NCBI GenBank assembly: GCA_002633005.1
Contig: NMRA01000445.1
Coordinates: 62,001 to 126,000 of the forward strand
Reading direction: 5' to 3'
DNA from: Phoronis australis
Taxonomy: Eukaryota; Animalia; Phoronida
DNA: 64,000 bases
The notes beneath the pieces are model-generated. The model was not told the DNA's origin and did not search any database. It saw nothing but the letters and a program-made list of their open reading frames with translations. Of this stretch, positions 28,601 through 40,576 are shown piece by piece; positions within the stretch are counted from its first letter, which is position 1; each line of letters opens with the position of its first letter. Made by a program: the position numbers and the translations under genes.

Positions 28601-31600
28601 CGTAAATATAATTATCTAATTTGCTAATATGATAAACAAATTTATTCCGTTTTCCAACTGTGTCCCAAAGGGCATGTTATTTCGTCCACATCGACATCAT
28701 GCACCATTCCTAAAATTATCTCCCCTGACAAGCCGACTTGACAAGCCTCCTCTTAACCAACAACAAATTGACAGTGTTTCCAAGCCCAGAAACCACCTCC
28801 AGTTCGAGAAAGGAACAAAATGAAACCAACTTCAAAACTGTAAGTGGTCTAAAACAAAAGTTAGCTTTTCAAAAACGGGATTACAGGGGCGGATTCAAGC
28901 ATGCCGTGACATTGAAAATACGACTTACGATATCCACCGGGTAGCACTACTGAAGTAAGGCCGCTCTTTTTACCAACTGTATAGATTGAGAGCAACAGAG
29001 TTTTTACAGGAATGCAAGCAATAGCCGTTTACAGGGCTCTCAAACTTCGAGAACCAGTTTGAGGCCCATTATTCAATGGACAAAACTGGTTCACAAAATG
29101 CGGGACCCCTTTAAGTGACTATTAGTGGAGTGCAGGCATTTATATGCATAGGACCCTTGCTTCACTGGCAACACATAGCGAATTTCAAATTCCTTATTAT
29201 AGATGAGTGTTTTCCATTTTATAGTGTAACTACGTGAATATAATGATTATTGCACTTTAGAATTACTATCATAGTAGTTGATATTTAAAAATATTATACT
29301 ACAGTATTATAGTGAGAATAACATGCAGAAATATCAACACACAGAGAAGCAAACAGAGGAGTTTGAAACCTTGCTCAAGGATCTAGCAGTGTGGTCTAGC
29401 GCGATTTGAAACCACCATCTTTCAATTGAGACGGGTACGCTCTGCCATCAGATCAGGTTGACTCTACATTGCGACAACGCAAGTATAACGTGGTCACGGG
29501 AGTTGCCTTGAAATTTCAACAAACGTGACATCAATGAAGAACACATTCAAGGCCTGCTGTGCACGGAGTAATCAAGGGCGTGATTCAAATGAAGGAACAG
29601 CCTATTGAGTAAAGATGGGGTGAAAGAGATTGCTGTTTCTGAAGACAAGTGTGAAATAAGCTCATGACTTTTTTCCGTAATTTTAATCAGGATCACATCA
29701 TCAGTGGGTCCTCAATCCTTTCTTACAATTTCAAGTCAGTATATTGACTCATTTCGTTTCACAACTACCCAAATAGACGAAACTGAATGAGTATTTGAAA
29801 GAAACATAAACAAACAGCACCTCGTATCTGTGGTCAGAGGTCAAGCGACTGAGGTCCTTGAACTCCAGCTGTATTGTAGTGACCTCTGCGGTGCTGCTGT
29901 CGGGACCCCAACGTGGGGCGTGTGCCTTGCGTGTCTTCAAGTTCACGTCGGAGTAAGGCACTGGTGAACCACTAGAGAAACAGGGTAGCAGACGGTCTCC
30001 GAGATCGACCTGTTAAATTTGAGTGATACTGAGTGCTACATTGGTAGGTCAAAAATGGCCAACTTCAAAGTAAGATGAAATACGAACAAAGTCGTTTATT
30101 AAGGCCCAAAATAACTTACACATATGATCTGTGTTCAGACCGCTGAAACAAAAAGCTTTTACTTGTCTTATTTTGTGGCTCGATTTTTAGTAAATGTTGC
30201 AAAATTAATTCTGAACGTTCAACATTTGACACTGTGTGAAAAGTTAAGTATCTAACCCTCAATATACACGTACCTTTAAGGTCAAAAACAAAATTAATGT
30301 TTAAAGTAAAAGTGCAATTCATCAAAACCAAATGAGAGACAGCAAGTTTTGAGCACTGATAACTGAGTGGCCACGGTGAGCTGATAGTAAAACAATTACG
30401 AGTTTCACCTTGTTTAAGTCAGAGATACTCACAGCTTTCTCTAAAAACATCTTGTCTTTGGTCAGGTGGTAGGAGCTCAGCAGACTACCCAACACACGGA
30501 TGGTTATTTCAAACAAGTTAACATCCTTGGAGTTATCAAAGTTAAGAGAGTTAGCTACCCAGTCCCGAGCCTCCTTGAACTCTGCAAAATGCACAAATGT
30601 ACAAACTCTACCATGACTGCACTAGGTACACCATCAGACAGTATTCAGACTAATACCATTTCCAGTCATGACAGCTAATTTATTGTAAATGGCAAAAATG
30701 ATTGGTAATAACTATTAAGGAATGCCTTAGTCACCCAGTTACTAGTCAACTAGTTACTAGTCAACTAGTTACTAATCATCTAGTTACTAGTCAACTAGTT
30801 ACTAATCATCTAGTTACTAGTCAAATAGTTACTAATCATCTAGTTACTAGTCAACTAGTTACTAATCATCTAGTTACTAGTCAACTAGTTACTAATCATC
30901 TAGTTACTAGTCAACTAGTTACTAATCATCTAGTTACTAGTCAACTAGTTACTAAGTCACCCAGTTACTAGTCAACTAGTTACTAATCATCTAGTTACTA
31001 GTCAACTAGTTACTAATCATCTAGTTACTAGTCAACTAGTTACTAATCATCTAGTTACTAGTCAACTAGTTACTAAGTCACCCAGTTACTAGTCACCCAG
31101 TTACCAAGTCACCCAGTTACCAAGTCACCTAGTTACCAAGTCACCTTGTTACCAAGTCACCTTAATAGTCACCTAGTTTATGGTCACCTAGTTACTAGTC
31201 CCCTAGTTACTAACTTTCCTGTCAATAGCCTTCATTATTAGTCATGAAGAAAGACTAATTTGACGATGAATTTTGGCTTCTGCCCAGTCGTCATGACGGG
31301 GAATTCCAGGTAATTTTGTCTGAGTGAATACTTTTGGCTTGAACTCGATATCCTGTGGAGCACAAAGGCAGTTGGCCAATACAAACTTGTTCAGACAAAA
31401 TTTTTGTACTTCCCCAAGTAACTTGAAACAGCGCTGTGATAATTTCTTTTCAACACAGCAGTGAGCGCAGTAAGAAATGTTATTGACAAGCAGCTGGTGA
31501 AGTCAAAAAGTGGCAAAAAGTCAATAAAAATGTAAAGACCTAAAGCGCTTACAACTCGTCAAAGCCACGATGTAACATAACCTTTCCTGAAGTGTGCCAG

Positions 31601-34600
31601 TGTCCTATACTGGGTTAGTACCACGTTCAAAATTAATTTTGACAAAACCACAGTATTGATTACTTTACAATTAAGTATTGTTTTTGTATTTTCAACCAAC
31701 ACCTTCACTTAAATCACAATTTCACTTGTTCTAATCTTGTTTACATTCAGTGTTTGTAGCATATTTGTGTTTACCAAATAATCATTGCTTTTCATGATAA
31801 TGATTTTTGGACAATTGTAGTTACTAGGTGACCCGCAGAGATTTAAAAATAAAGATTTGAAGCTGTTCATCTCCAAAAAACTCTGCGGAACGAGTGGTAT
31901 TCACTAGGTGGCGCTAATGATGAATGGGTCTCTTAGTGTTTTTGAATGAAATAGGAATAGGAAGCTATTCACAAGCATGAAGTGTTCATGGCCTAGGTTG
32001 AGATTATGATAGCTTAAATATGTTAGTCGCAGGACTTAGAATGTAGCACAACTACCAAAATACAGGCACTTCATAAGCCAGGACACTTATCTCACAAGCG
32101 CCACCTAGTGAGCTCCTCGTAACATGCGTACAGCCCAAGCCCAATCACCTTCCTTCATGCCCATAATATAGAGTGTGTCCAGGGAGTCAATGAGTGTGAG
32201 CCCAACGTTGAACCAAGTGCTGTGTGTTCTTGTCATGGGCTTCAACTCATCGTAACCCCAAGCGTACTTCTTGTATGCCGACCAGGCATGCCTCATGGCT
32301 GCCACCACAGCCTGCTGCTTCTCATTGGCTGGACCTGCGGGAAAAATCATAGCCATTAAGGCACGCCCATTGACCTATTTTACACATTCCTGAAGAGCAC
32401 AATTATGGAGATCTTTGACTCTTTCAGAGCCAATATCGTATTCCAGTGACTGCGCACACTACCGGTGTCTCACGACTTTAGTAGCTCTTTGGGGGCCATA
32501 TTATTTCTTAATCCCTCAAAAGGAGATGCAAATCAAATCATGAAATAAGAAAAATTAAAACTTCTTGTTTTCTCTCTACATTATTCTGTAATCAGAATGG
32601 AAATTATTGGTGTTGTTTCTGGCCTAATAAACCCCCTAAATTAATCTTAAAATCTCACCAATTTCGGACAAATTTAATTTCCAAAAATGTCCCTTTTCAA
32701 TTTCTTCAAAGGTAATGCCCACATTTTAACAAAGTTTTCAAGTTTGATGTTAGCAGTGGTACAAAACTTGAATACGGAAATTCGTTTCAATTTGGGCCTG
32801 CTTATGTTTCATGGACCAATGAGACATTAAAATTTCACATGTCCACCATATTTGATCTTGAAAGTTGTCCATAGTTAACCAGCCGAAGTAGAATTCAATT
32901 TAACTTTAATATCATTACAATGAACATAGGAATATGAAATATACATTGGCGGATTTACCTACAGCCTTGATCATTCACTTTTGCTGTAAAAGCCCATGTT
33001 TTTAGCACCAACTAAAATAATGCTTTATAGCTTCTAAGTTCTGTACTCATGAGAGCTATCATCAGACAATATTTTGAAAACTGTGAACATTAACATTAGA
33101 AGCCTCAGAAATGAACAATAAAAGTCAATTTTGGTAACTATTTTAAATCAAAACTACACAGTAATAGTTTATTTCTTACAACTAAAAGACAAATAACACA
33201 TGTCCTTCGATACGAAATCTAGTTATCATCGACCATTTCAGTGCTGGCAGAGAGTCATTCGCAGAGCTGACCCACCCAAATGAAAACCCATACTTAAATT
33301 TTCAAATAAAAATGCTTACTGTAAAAGTTCACAAACATTGGAGGCAGATAAGTCCCAAAATTACCCTGGTTCATTTTTCAAGGGCTACTTAGATACAGCT
33401 ATGAAAGCCGGCTAATTTTTCAAAATTTTGCCAAATTATAGGCATGGTAAAAGACTTGGACATACAAAAAGAATTGGTGCAACTTCTTTTTAAAACATGT
33501 CTTGTATTGTACCCTAAGGACAAAATTTCTATGGGTCTACGGTCCAAGGTTGTATACAAATTTATCTGTGCTGGATGTGGCTCCAGTTATATAGGCGAAA
33601 CTGTTCGCCATTTGAAAACCAGGACCAAGGAACATCTAAGTTCTGACAGTAATTCACATGTAAATATTCACCTGCAGAGCTCCAATCATTGTTATCAGCA
33701 GTGCTCTTTCAATGACTTTGCAATAATAGACCAGGCAGTAACAACAAAGGAGCTTAAAATTCGTGAGGCTTTACATATCAGTTGGTGCAAGCCCAATCTC
33801 AATAGGCAACTGACACACCACAGGTTGTCATTGTTGGTATAGTTCATTGTCACTCCCTGTAACTGACTGTATCTGTGCTTCATTACTTGTTGCTGGGCCT
33901 AGCTAGGTGGCCACTGTATTATGACTTCTGAGGATGGTGTTTAATAAATGACACCGAAACATGTCAAGTTTTAAATCCGTTGTTGTTTTCGTGAACATAT
34001 GCTGTTACTTGCTATCATGGAGATGTCTTGTATTAATGGTATTCTACCATGTAATTACACCCATTACTTTACCCAGGTAATAAATGAAAGACTGCGGCAC
34101 TAGTGATTGTTGTGAACACCAGTCTTCACACAACACTGTTTTGTCAAAATGGACCATCCCCAGTTGCCAACATAACCTACTATGGATGGTCAAAATTCCT
34201 GCATGCAGCATAATTTCGAAATTGGGATCAATGCATCTCATTTATTCACTAACAGTATTTCACTAACAGCAGTATTTTACTAACAGCCCAGATTAACCGT
34301 CACATTTTGATATGAACTGCCCACACATTAGTTCTAGTGGTTGAAGTGTCCAAGATCGTATCACAGCCATTTTGCATTACGAAAACTACTTTTTGTCCTA
34401 TTAAGCTGCCTATGTTAAATTTTTGCGCTTTGGGGTTTAGGAACATTTACCACGCTTACCCAATCTTGAATTGTTGAATAAGCCATCAATGTAAAACACA
34501 GGCAATGCGTTATTTTCAAATTTGCAATTTGGTTGGCCAAACCCAATAAACTCAGAAGAGTTTACGTTTATAGCAATGGATAATTTCAAGGTTCGTGTTG

Positions 34601-37600
34601 GTAACGGAAAAAAATACTATCATGGTAAGAAAAAGTATGAGACTGATTTTGCAACTGTCACAGTAAAAGGCTTTGTTTGGTTTTTCGTTCTTCAGTCGAC
34701 AGAACAGAGTGAAATGCAGCTTTATGTAATTTTTGTGCCTGTGCATCACTTTATTAATTTAAAACTATGTTTGAAACACACACATCATTCAGTAAAATTA
34801 ATAAACAAATGAGCGCTCGACGATATCTATCCACATTAGCTAATTTGAGACAGATTCAGGTCTATCCACATAGCTAATTACAGAAATGTCCGTCAAGGGA
34901 TGGCGACATACTCCTCCGCAAAGCAAAAACATGGCCACCACAGCGCCATTTTTGTCAGATTTCAACTAAAAACAATAAACCAAGACGTCAATGAGACACG
35001 TTTTATATGAATTTCATGTTACTCTGAAGAAAAATGCAACCTGCGAACTAATCAACAAAAAATTGTGGTCAAGTAAGATACCTAATAATGTAAACAACTG
35101 GGGAGTATGGAAACAGGAGTTGGGCTGTGAGGATGTCAAATTAACGAAAACGAGCAATAGTTGGACGGGAAGGCACATATCCACAGGTGGGTTTCCTGCA
35201 AGAAATTCACCTTTGAATGGGTCGTGACTAGAGACCTCCACACTTTCTTGTATACCTTCCTTCTCAGACAAATCTTCCTCTTTGATAACCACCTGCAAGG
35301 ATGCACCACGCCGTGAATAATTATGTAGGACCCAAGAAAATTATCCAAGTTTGGCTTACTTTAGAACGTCATACCTCAGAAATGGCCAATTGGATGAACA
35401 AAACCTTCACTGTTCTCCCTAAATACTGTTTGGATTGTTTTTAAAATTTTCCGTTTTTGCACAAGGGACTTAAACCCCCAGATTGAGTAAGCTGATTGTT
35501 GCAGCAGGGGCGGGGTATTTTATGCACCTAGCATGGTGGTAAATGACCTAATAAACTGTAAGTTTCATCGAGGGAAGATGAGTTTAGAACAGCTTGGTAT
35601 AAATGTTCCCCATTGGAACGTTCATAAGCTGACTATACTTTGCTCAAGATTACAGCTTGTACCAAATTTTTAGAAATAGGCAATACTGGCTGTCCCAAAT
35701 CTACGAATTACAATAGAAAACGAACGATAATTCACCTTCATGTTGCACGATACTCACGATGTATGAAAAACGTGTCAATGGCTTTCTTTGACAAATTTGT
35801 AAACTGCCATGTCTTCTTTCTCTTTGTAGTAAAGGCAATGTCCAATATTTGAGAACATTAATATGATGAATGCCAAAACCACACATGTCCCAGTCTCCAG
35901 AATCAAGGACATTCCACTGGCATGAAATTCGGTGTCTAAAACCTTAGAGACTATCCCGAACTGGATAATCTTCATCGTATAACCACTTAGTTACTGAGCA
36001 AGTACAACATGCTAAGTTCATCATAAATGTGACCATCACAAACCTTCTTGAAGTCATCGGTTCCCTTCAGCTGACTCTCTATGTTACTAGCGTCATCCAC
36101 AAACTCCTGCTTTTGCTTTGCCTCATGGGTTCTGTTTAGTCGGGGCGGACCACGCTTTCTGTGCTTAACAACCTGCTAAGAGGAATACAGGCAGATTAGA
36201 AAGTCGCGAGGGGGCACGACCGCAATTTCCTGCTCAGGTGCTTTAGCTTAAGAGCGTGTCTGTCTAAAAAAAGACTTCGCCATTCCTTTAAAAGATTTTT
36301 GAAAACTAAGTTTTAATGCTGAAACTCTGAAATGAAAATAGCAGACAGGCTTTTGTAGCAAATGGAATTATAAATAAGGAACATAATCTGATGTCAAAAA
36401 TATAGACTTGGACAATCCCCAAAAGATCTTAATTCTTGACAGCTGAATTCTATGGCTTGTAAACAAGCTTTTTAAAAATATCGCAGCTTTTCACGACAAG
36501 GTAATAGTCGGATATAACGTGCCCGCATTTTAAGAACCAGTTTTCTCCACTGAATATCGGGTACCGAACTGGTTCTAAAAACGTGGGCGTATTGCATCCG
36601 ACTATTGTCAACAAAAACATAGTCACACCATTTCAAATGCTTGGGCATTGCTCAGATTCCAATAGTAACTTTCTGTGTTTATCACTGAGTTCAAATACAT
36701 ATAAATTTGCAGGATTAAACTAAAATTTAAAGAGATACTTAAGCAGTCTGATCCTGAAGGAAACAAAAGCAAGTCAGTAATTCAAAAGCTTTACATAACA
36801 ACATCCCATACTTTTAAATTCTGTTCTATGACATGCTTGGCTTTTCTTTTCAAATCATCCACCATCATACGATCACGCTGAGCAATTGCTGCCTTATGAA
36901 TGTAGTCGTTGTTGAACGGGTCGTCTGCACGATGTCGATGTCGGTTCCCCAGCGTGTCCAAGTCATCGACACCAAAGAGGTCGTGGTACCAGGTCGGTCC
37001 AACATAGATGAGGCACATTCCACACACAGCTAGCGTAGCCCATATTATGGCACGCTGTAGACGGGAGAGACGATGCCAAGCCTGAAAAATCAGATCAGGT
37101 CAAGAATACATTTATTATCCACTTATTTTGAGCACTCATTTTATTTCACACACACAAAATTATTTCAAAAACAATATTTTGTCCCTCGTCATATCCCTTG
37201 ACATGTGCAGTGTTAAAAATGGTGAGTTACTGATTTTGGGAACTGAATGAGGGGCTGCTCCAAGAAATAGTTTGTTAACGGGAAATTTTGTTCCAGTTGG
37301 AAAGAATTAAATACATCAACAGCCACCTGTGAACAAAAAGTATCTATAACAATGTGACTTTGATGTTTTAGTCAATATAAGGCATAATTTGCCGAAAAGT
37401 TTCCAGCATATGAAGCGCCTATAGGAGCTCCAATGTCTTACCTGCCAGTAGGAAGGTGGCCACTGTCTAAGTGCAAGTAAGACATTAGCTGAGGTCATTT
37501 TGATAGTGGTTAGCTGTGTAAATTAGAAGTTGGTTTCTTCGTGAGACATGACAGCTTGGTTCTCAGATAGGGAGAATTAATTTTCTCTAGATCCCGTGAT

Positions 37601-38245
37601 ATTCTCCCTATTGGGGGAATGAATTTCACAAAGTGTCTATGAGAAAAGAGTTATCAAACAGAGAAATTCGAGTTTGGAACTATTCAATGGAGTATGAAAA
37701 ATAACTAGGATTGACTGCGGGAATTAAAAAATGACATCGATTTGTTTCGACAGACTGATCATCTCTTTTCAGTTCTTGCTACAGGCAATACCCTGACAGT
37801 ACTGCAAATCAAACAACCAAAGTAGATAATAAACAACACAGTACAATCAAATAACAACAATTCTCCCGGAACTTTTTAAAATGTCCCTTTTAAACAAAAT
37901 TCACCATCCGAGAATAACAAAAATCAGTTTTCAGAAAAATCAAAGCAAATACTAGAGAGATCTATACATCTTAAAGCCAGTGAAAATTATCTCGAAATGG
38001 TGAAACTTTCCCGATACAGTGAAGTTCTCCCGATTTGAGAACCTGCTTCTGCTCCGCGGCCAGGCCATGGCCTTGGTATTGCGATTGGGGCATGGCCATG
38101 GAGATTAGGCCAGGGACTCGAGCAACGCAGCACTCACTCGCAAACAACTTTGCCGCCTTCTTGCTTTGTTTGCGTCATAACCATCAGATCCAAGGCTCAC
38201 AACAGCGTCGGACCCAACACCTGTACGATATGGACTCCCGTACAT
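22444..38245 (-). CDS. MAN1B1: ER mannosyl-oligosaccharide 1,2-alpha-mannosidase (GH47, type II membrane); 12 coding exons, ~651 aa (whole-gene span)
   Basis: Exons 38138-38245, 36812-37081, 36044-36175, 35211-35292, 32149-32334, 30433-30581, 29821-30009, 28086-28273, 27389-27512, 26251-26448, 25712-25822, 22444-22662; all GT-AG and phase-compatible, total 1956 nt. Motifs: [18 protein letters not shown] + [96 protein letters not shown]. Confidence 0.96.
22809..22951. repeat. 13-14-bp minisatellite (CAGACAAAATGACC)
   Basis: ~10 tandem copies. Confidence 0.95.
23575..23752. repeat. 28-bp minisatellite (GTGATCGTCTCCTCATGACCGTCTAGTT)
   Basis: 5-6 tandem copies. Confidence 0.9.
23939..25418. mobile_element. 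Non-autonomous Tc1/pogo-type element in MAN1B1 intron 11
   Basis: TIRs CCGTATTTGCCATAATAACCGCCC / GGGCGGTTATTACGGCGAATACAG, subterminal GGGCGCTTATT repeats. Confidence 0.75.
25712..25822 (-). CDS. MAN1B1: MAN1B1 exon 11
   Basis: [24 protein letters not shown]...WGWKIFQ; GTATGT donor. Confidence 0.95.
26251..26448 (-). CDS. MAN1B1: MAN1B1 exon 10
   Basis: [14 protein letters not shown]...TCYEMY...TGLSPEI...DIIVK. Confidence 0.95.
27389..27512 (-). CDS. MAN1B1: MAN1B1 exon 9
   Basis: [27 protein letters not shown]...SPKM; GTGAGT donor. Confidence 0.94.
28086..28273 (-). CDS. MAN1B1: MAN1B1 exon 8
   Basis: [11 protein letters not shown]...[21 protein letters not shown]; GTGAGT donor. Confidence 0.95.
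29020..29123. repeat. ~105-bp palindromic MITE (family copy)
   Basis: AATAG...gagaaccagtttga...aactggttc...CTATT. Confidence 0.65.
29374..29452 (-). mobile_element. tRNA-derived SINE head fragment
   Basis: Minus strand: tggcagagcg...ggtttcaaatc...CCTTGAGCAAGG central motif. Confidence 0.45.
29821..30009 (-). CDS. MAN1B1: MAN1B1 exon 7
   Basis: [11 protein letters not shown]...PYSDVNL...[13 protein letters not shown]. Confidence 0.95.
30433..30581 (-). CDS. MAN1B1: MAN1B1 exon 6
   Basis: EFKEARDWV...[20 protein letters not shown]...FLEKA; GTGAGT donor. Confidence 0.95.
30729..31212. repeat. 15/30-bp minisatellite (CTAGTTACTAGTCAA / CTAGTTACTAATCAT)
   Basis: ~30 tandem units directly visible. 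Confidence 0.95.
32149..32334 (-). CDS. MAN1B1: MAN1B1 exon 5 (start of GH47 domain)
   Basis: [33 protein letters not shown]...[12 protein letters not shown]. Confidence 0.95.
33444..33970 (+). mobile_element. Penelope-like retroelement 3' remnant (GIY-YIG endonuclease + pLTR end) in MAN1B1 intron 4
   Basis: [29 protein letters not shown]...[19 protein letters not shown] followed by a hammerhead motif. Confidence 0.9.
33923..33970 (+). ncRNA. Minimal type I hammerhead ribozyme (Penelope-associated)
   Basis: GACTT-CTGAGGA-T-GGTGT[loop]ACACC-GAAAC-AT-GTC^AAGTT; stem I, stem II, and palindromic ACATGT stem III. Confidence 0.85.
35211..35292 (-). CDS. MAN1B1: MAN1B1 exon 4 ([13 protein letters not shown]...PFK)
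   Basis: ccttgcag acceptor, GTGAAT donor, phase 0->1 matches next exon. Confidence 0.78.
36044..36175 (-). CDS. MAN1B1: MAN1B1 exon 3 (stem region; NAGNAG acceptor)
   Basis: cctcttagCAG acceptor, open frame [13 protein letters not shown]...DFKK, GTTTGT donor. Confidence 0.75.
36503..36606. repeat. ~105-bp palindromic MITE (family copy)
   Basis: AATAGTCGGAT...agaaccagtt..aactggttct...ATCCGACTATT. Confidence 0.75.
36812..37081 (-). CDS. MAN1B1: MAN1B1 exon 2 ([10 protein letters not shown], signal-anchor TM, stem)
   Basis: tttttcag acceptor, GTATGG donor; hydrophobic [18 protein letters not shown]. Confidence 0.88.
37215..37470 (+). mobile_element. Diverged right arm of the same MITE family in MAN1B1 intron 1
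   Basis: Colinear with 63471-63745 (aaaaatggtgagtt...ttttgggaactgaa...ggcataatt.gccgaaaag). Confidence 0.75.
38138..38245 (-). CDS. MAN1B1: MAN1B1 coding exon 1 (MYGSPYRTG...RRRQSCLR)
   Basis: ATG at 38245, GTGAGT donor after 38138; 108 nt, phase 0. Confidence 0.85.
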
Positions 38246-38249
38246 AACA

Positions 38250-38450
38250 GAATTTAGCATACATTTGAATACAGTTCCATTTCATTTCAAGTTCTTGAGT
38301 TCACTGCCAACACGTCGGAAGTGACTATTTTTTATAGTTTCCAGTCACTGAAGAGTAATGCAACATCTGTCGACGGTGTAGTAAAATAAATATTCCAGAC
38401 GTTAGAGTAGCTAAAAGAGACAAACCATGCACCCAATTCCGTCAAGACAT
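38250..38450. promoter_or_regulatory. Probable bidirectional promoter region between MAN1B1 and SWT1
   Basis: Divergent genes; ETS/GABP-type CGGAAGTG at 38316-38323, ~70 bp upstream of the MAN1B1 ATG; locally CpG-retaining. Confidence 0.5.
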
Positions 38451-39806
38451 CTTTAGAAACTCGCTTAAACCATTTGTTTTACATTGGTTTTATGTATTTC
38501 GTGCCCAGTCAATTATTTGAATGCTTAGTTAAGTTCTTTTTTTTCGTAAGGTGTCGCTGTAGTATTTGAAGTCAGTTTCAGCGTTCGGCGTGATATTGTC
38601 AACTACAACTAGTTGAGATTATTTCCTGGCAAGTCATATAATTGGTTTACTGACCTAAAATATGATGTTTGGTTAAGTTCAATACTTAATGATAGTCATT
38701 GATTCTCAGGGCATAAGACACAGACGCAGTACGAAACTTATTGCTGTCACTGGGACTTGCCAACTTGTTAACTTCAACAGCCTGAACAGGGTCAAGTTGT
38801 CGTAGTCGCCTCAACAAGTCAAGCGCAGCTCTGCCACTACTACTACTAGAGTACTAGACAGGTCCTCTCGGCTGTCCTGTCTTCTCTCGGCGTTGCTCAC
38901 GGCGGTTAGCACCTTTGCTCAGGCTCAGCAGCTCGGGTTGTTATCCAGGTTTCCTCACTGTTGTCACAGAAGTGGTTGTACACAACCAGGTTCTTATCAC
39001 GCAATAAGTCCGACTACACAGGCGTGCCGTAAGGTCACAGGTCCAACTCCACTCAGAGTGCCCACACCAGGCTGAGCCAGGTCTCTAATCTACCGAAATT
39101 AAACTCAAAATTTTGTCTGACATTTTGTGTTTTAGTTTTACTAAGTTGTGCACACTCACAAAATAATGTTCTAGGGTCACCTGCTTACTCACTGTCTGCT
39201 CTATCAAACGACCTACCTACGCTAACCAATCTCTGAAGTGACATGTACTATGTTTATATATTTTAAACTTGATATAGTTGTGTTTTCTTTATTGATCTTC
39301 ATTGTTATACAGTGACATAATGCTCAGGAGAGAGTGTGGTCACTTGAACCAAGAAATTTTTTGGTCTTCAGCATACTCAGTCAGTCACCATTTTTAAGTG
39401 AGCCTCTTTTTATATTTTAAAAACAATGCATTCTGTGCTTAATAGCACGTCAAAGTGTGAGTTTTTCGCGTGCCTTGTTATATTTATGTCTCAAATGCAT
39501 TGTGTTTTAAACCGAAAAAGAAGCTTACTGCTAAAATGGCGACTGCGTGAATAAGTCTTATATTTGGCACTGATGAATATCTAATCCTAGTCCTAGTTTG
39601 CAATTAATGAGTGTACATCAATGAACATGAAATCTGAGTTTTACTGAAAACCCAAATCTTAGGTGTGTACTCAAGTTGGTTGCTCGACCAAGTCTAGGGA
39701 TAATCAAGTTTGAATTAAAACTCACTATGAGCTCGCCATTTACACTTCTTAACTTTTTATTGAAGTAACACTAAATGTATAACATAAATTTTGTGTTTGA
39801 TTTCAG

Positions 39807-39917
39807 GTATAAAACTTAGACCCCCGTGCCCAGGTGTTGAAGTGCCAGTCACTGCAGTAGCACATGGCTGTTCTTGTCTCGGTCATCTAATGAGCACCCT
39901 GGGTGTTTTCACAGCAG
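39807..39917 (+). other. Putative 5'UTR exon of SWT1 containing uORF starts
   Basis: ttgatttcag acceptor and CAG|GTAACA donor; no in-frame link to the main ATG. Confidence 0.5.
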
Positions 39918-40576
39918 GTAACAGACCCCAATCATCAGAGGGACATTAGTATACTCGTGCAGCAATTCGAAACAGAACACAGATGAATGACTTTTACATT
40001 TACTGAAACTTCTTGACTTTGTTTCTGTCAAACTCAAAGTCTTCCAAACATATTTCCCACAAACCGTGAAATATTCCGAAAATGTCCTAACAAAGGGATT
40101 TCATAGTTTCGAGAGAAATGACTCTTCGTTACGACTTGAAAGCAGGCTCTAGAACTTGGCTCGTCATGTCATGGCATTTTAAGTGGCAAGCATAGTCCCT
40201 AGCAATAATCAACTGTCTGTTATTATTTTCCCATAAATCACTTCTCATTTTAGGAATGGAACAAATTCAGACTAGTTTTTTAGCATTGATTTGTCAGAAG
40301 TTATATTTTTTACGAAAGGTGGTTTTGTAGCAACCTGTATAAAGACAAAGCACGTGGCATAACATTTTGCCTAGGTATGGGAACATATAATTAGTCTTCA
40401 GAAACACCATCTGTTGGTCACATTACGTGACTTACATAAAATTAAGTCTGAAAAAATCTGCCATGACCAGAGTTCGAACCAGCCTTTCTGCTAACCGTGC
40501 AGATTGATAACAACACAATAAATTATTATATTTTGGCAATAGACGCAGAATCTTATGGCGCGAAACATTCTTTCAG

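Noticed and set aside
30702-30971. Repetitive ORF ([10 protein letters not shown])n
   Set aside because: Translation of an intronic minisatellite; no gene context.
39570-39640. Possible C/D-box snoRNA (TGATGA...CTGA)
   Set aside because: C box lacks the leading purine, no terminal stem or recognisable rRNA guide; lies in repeat-like sequence.
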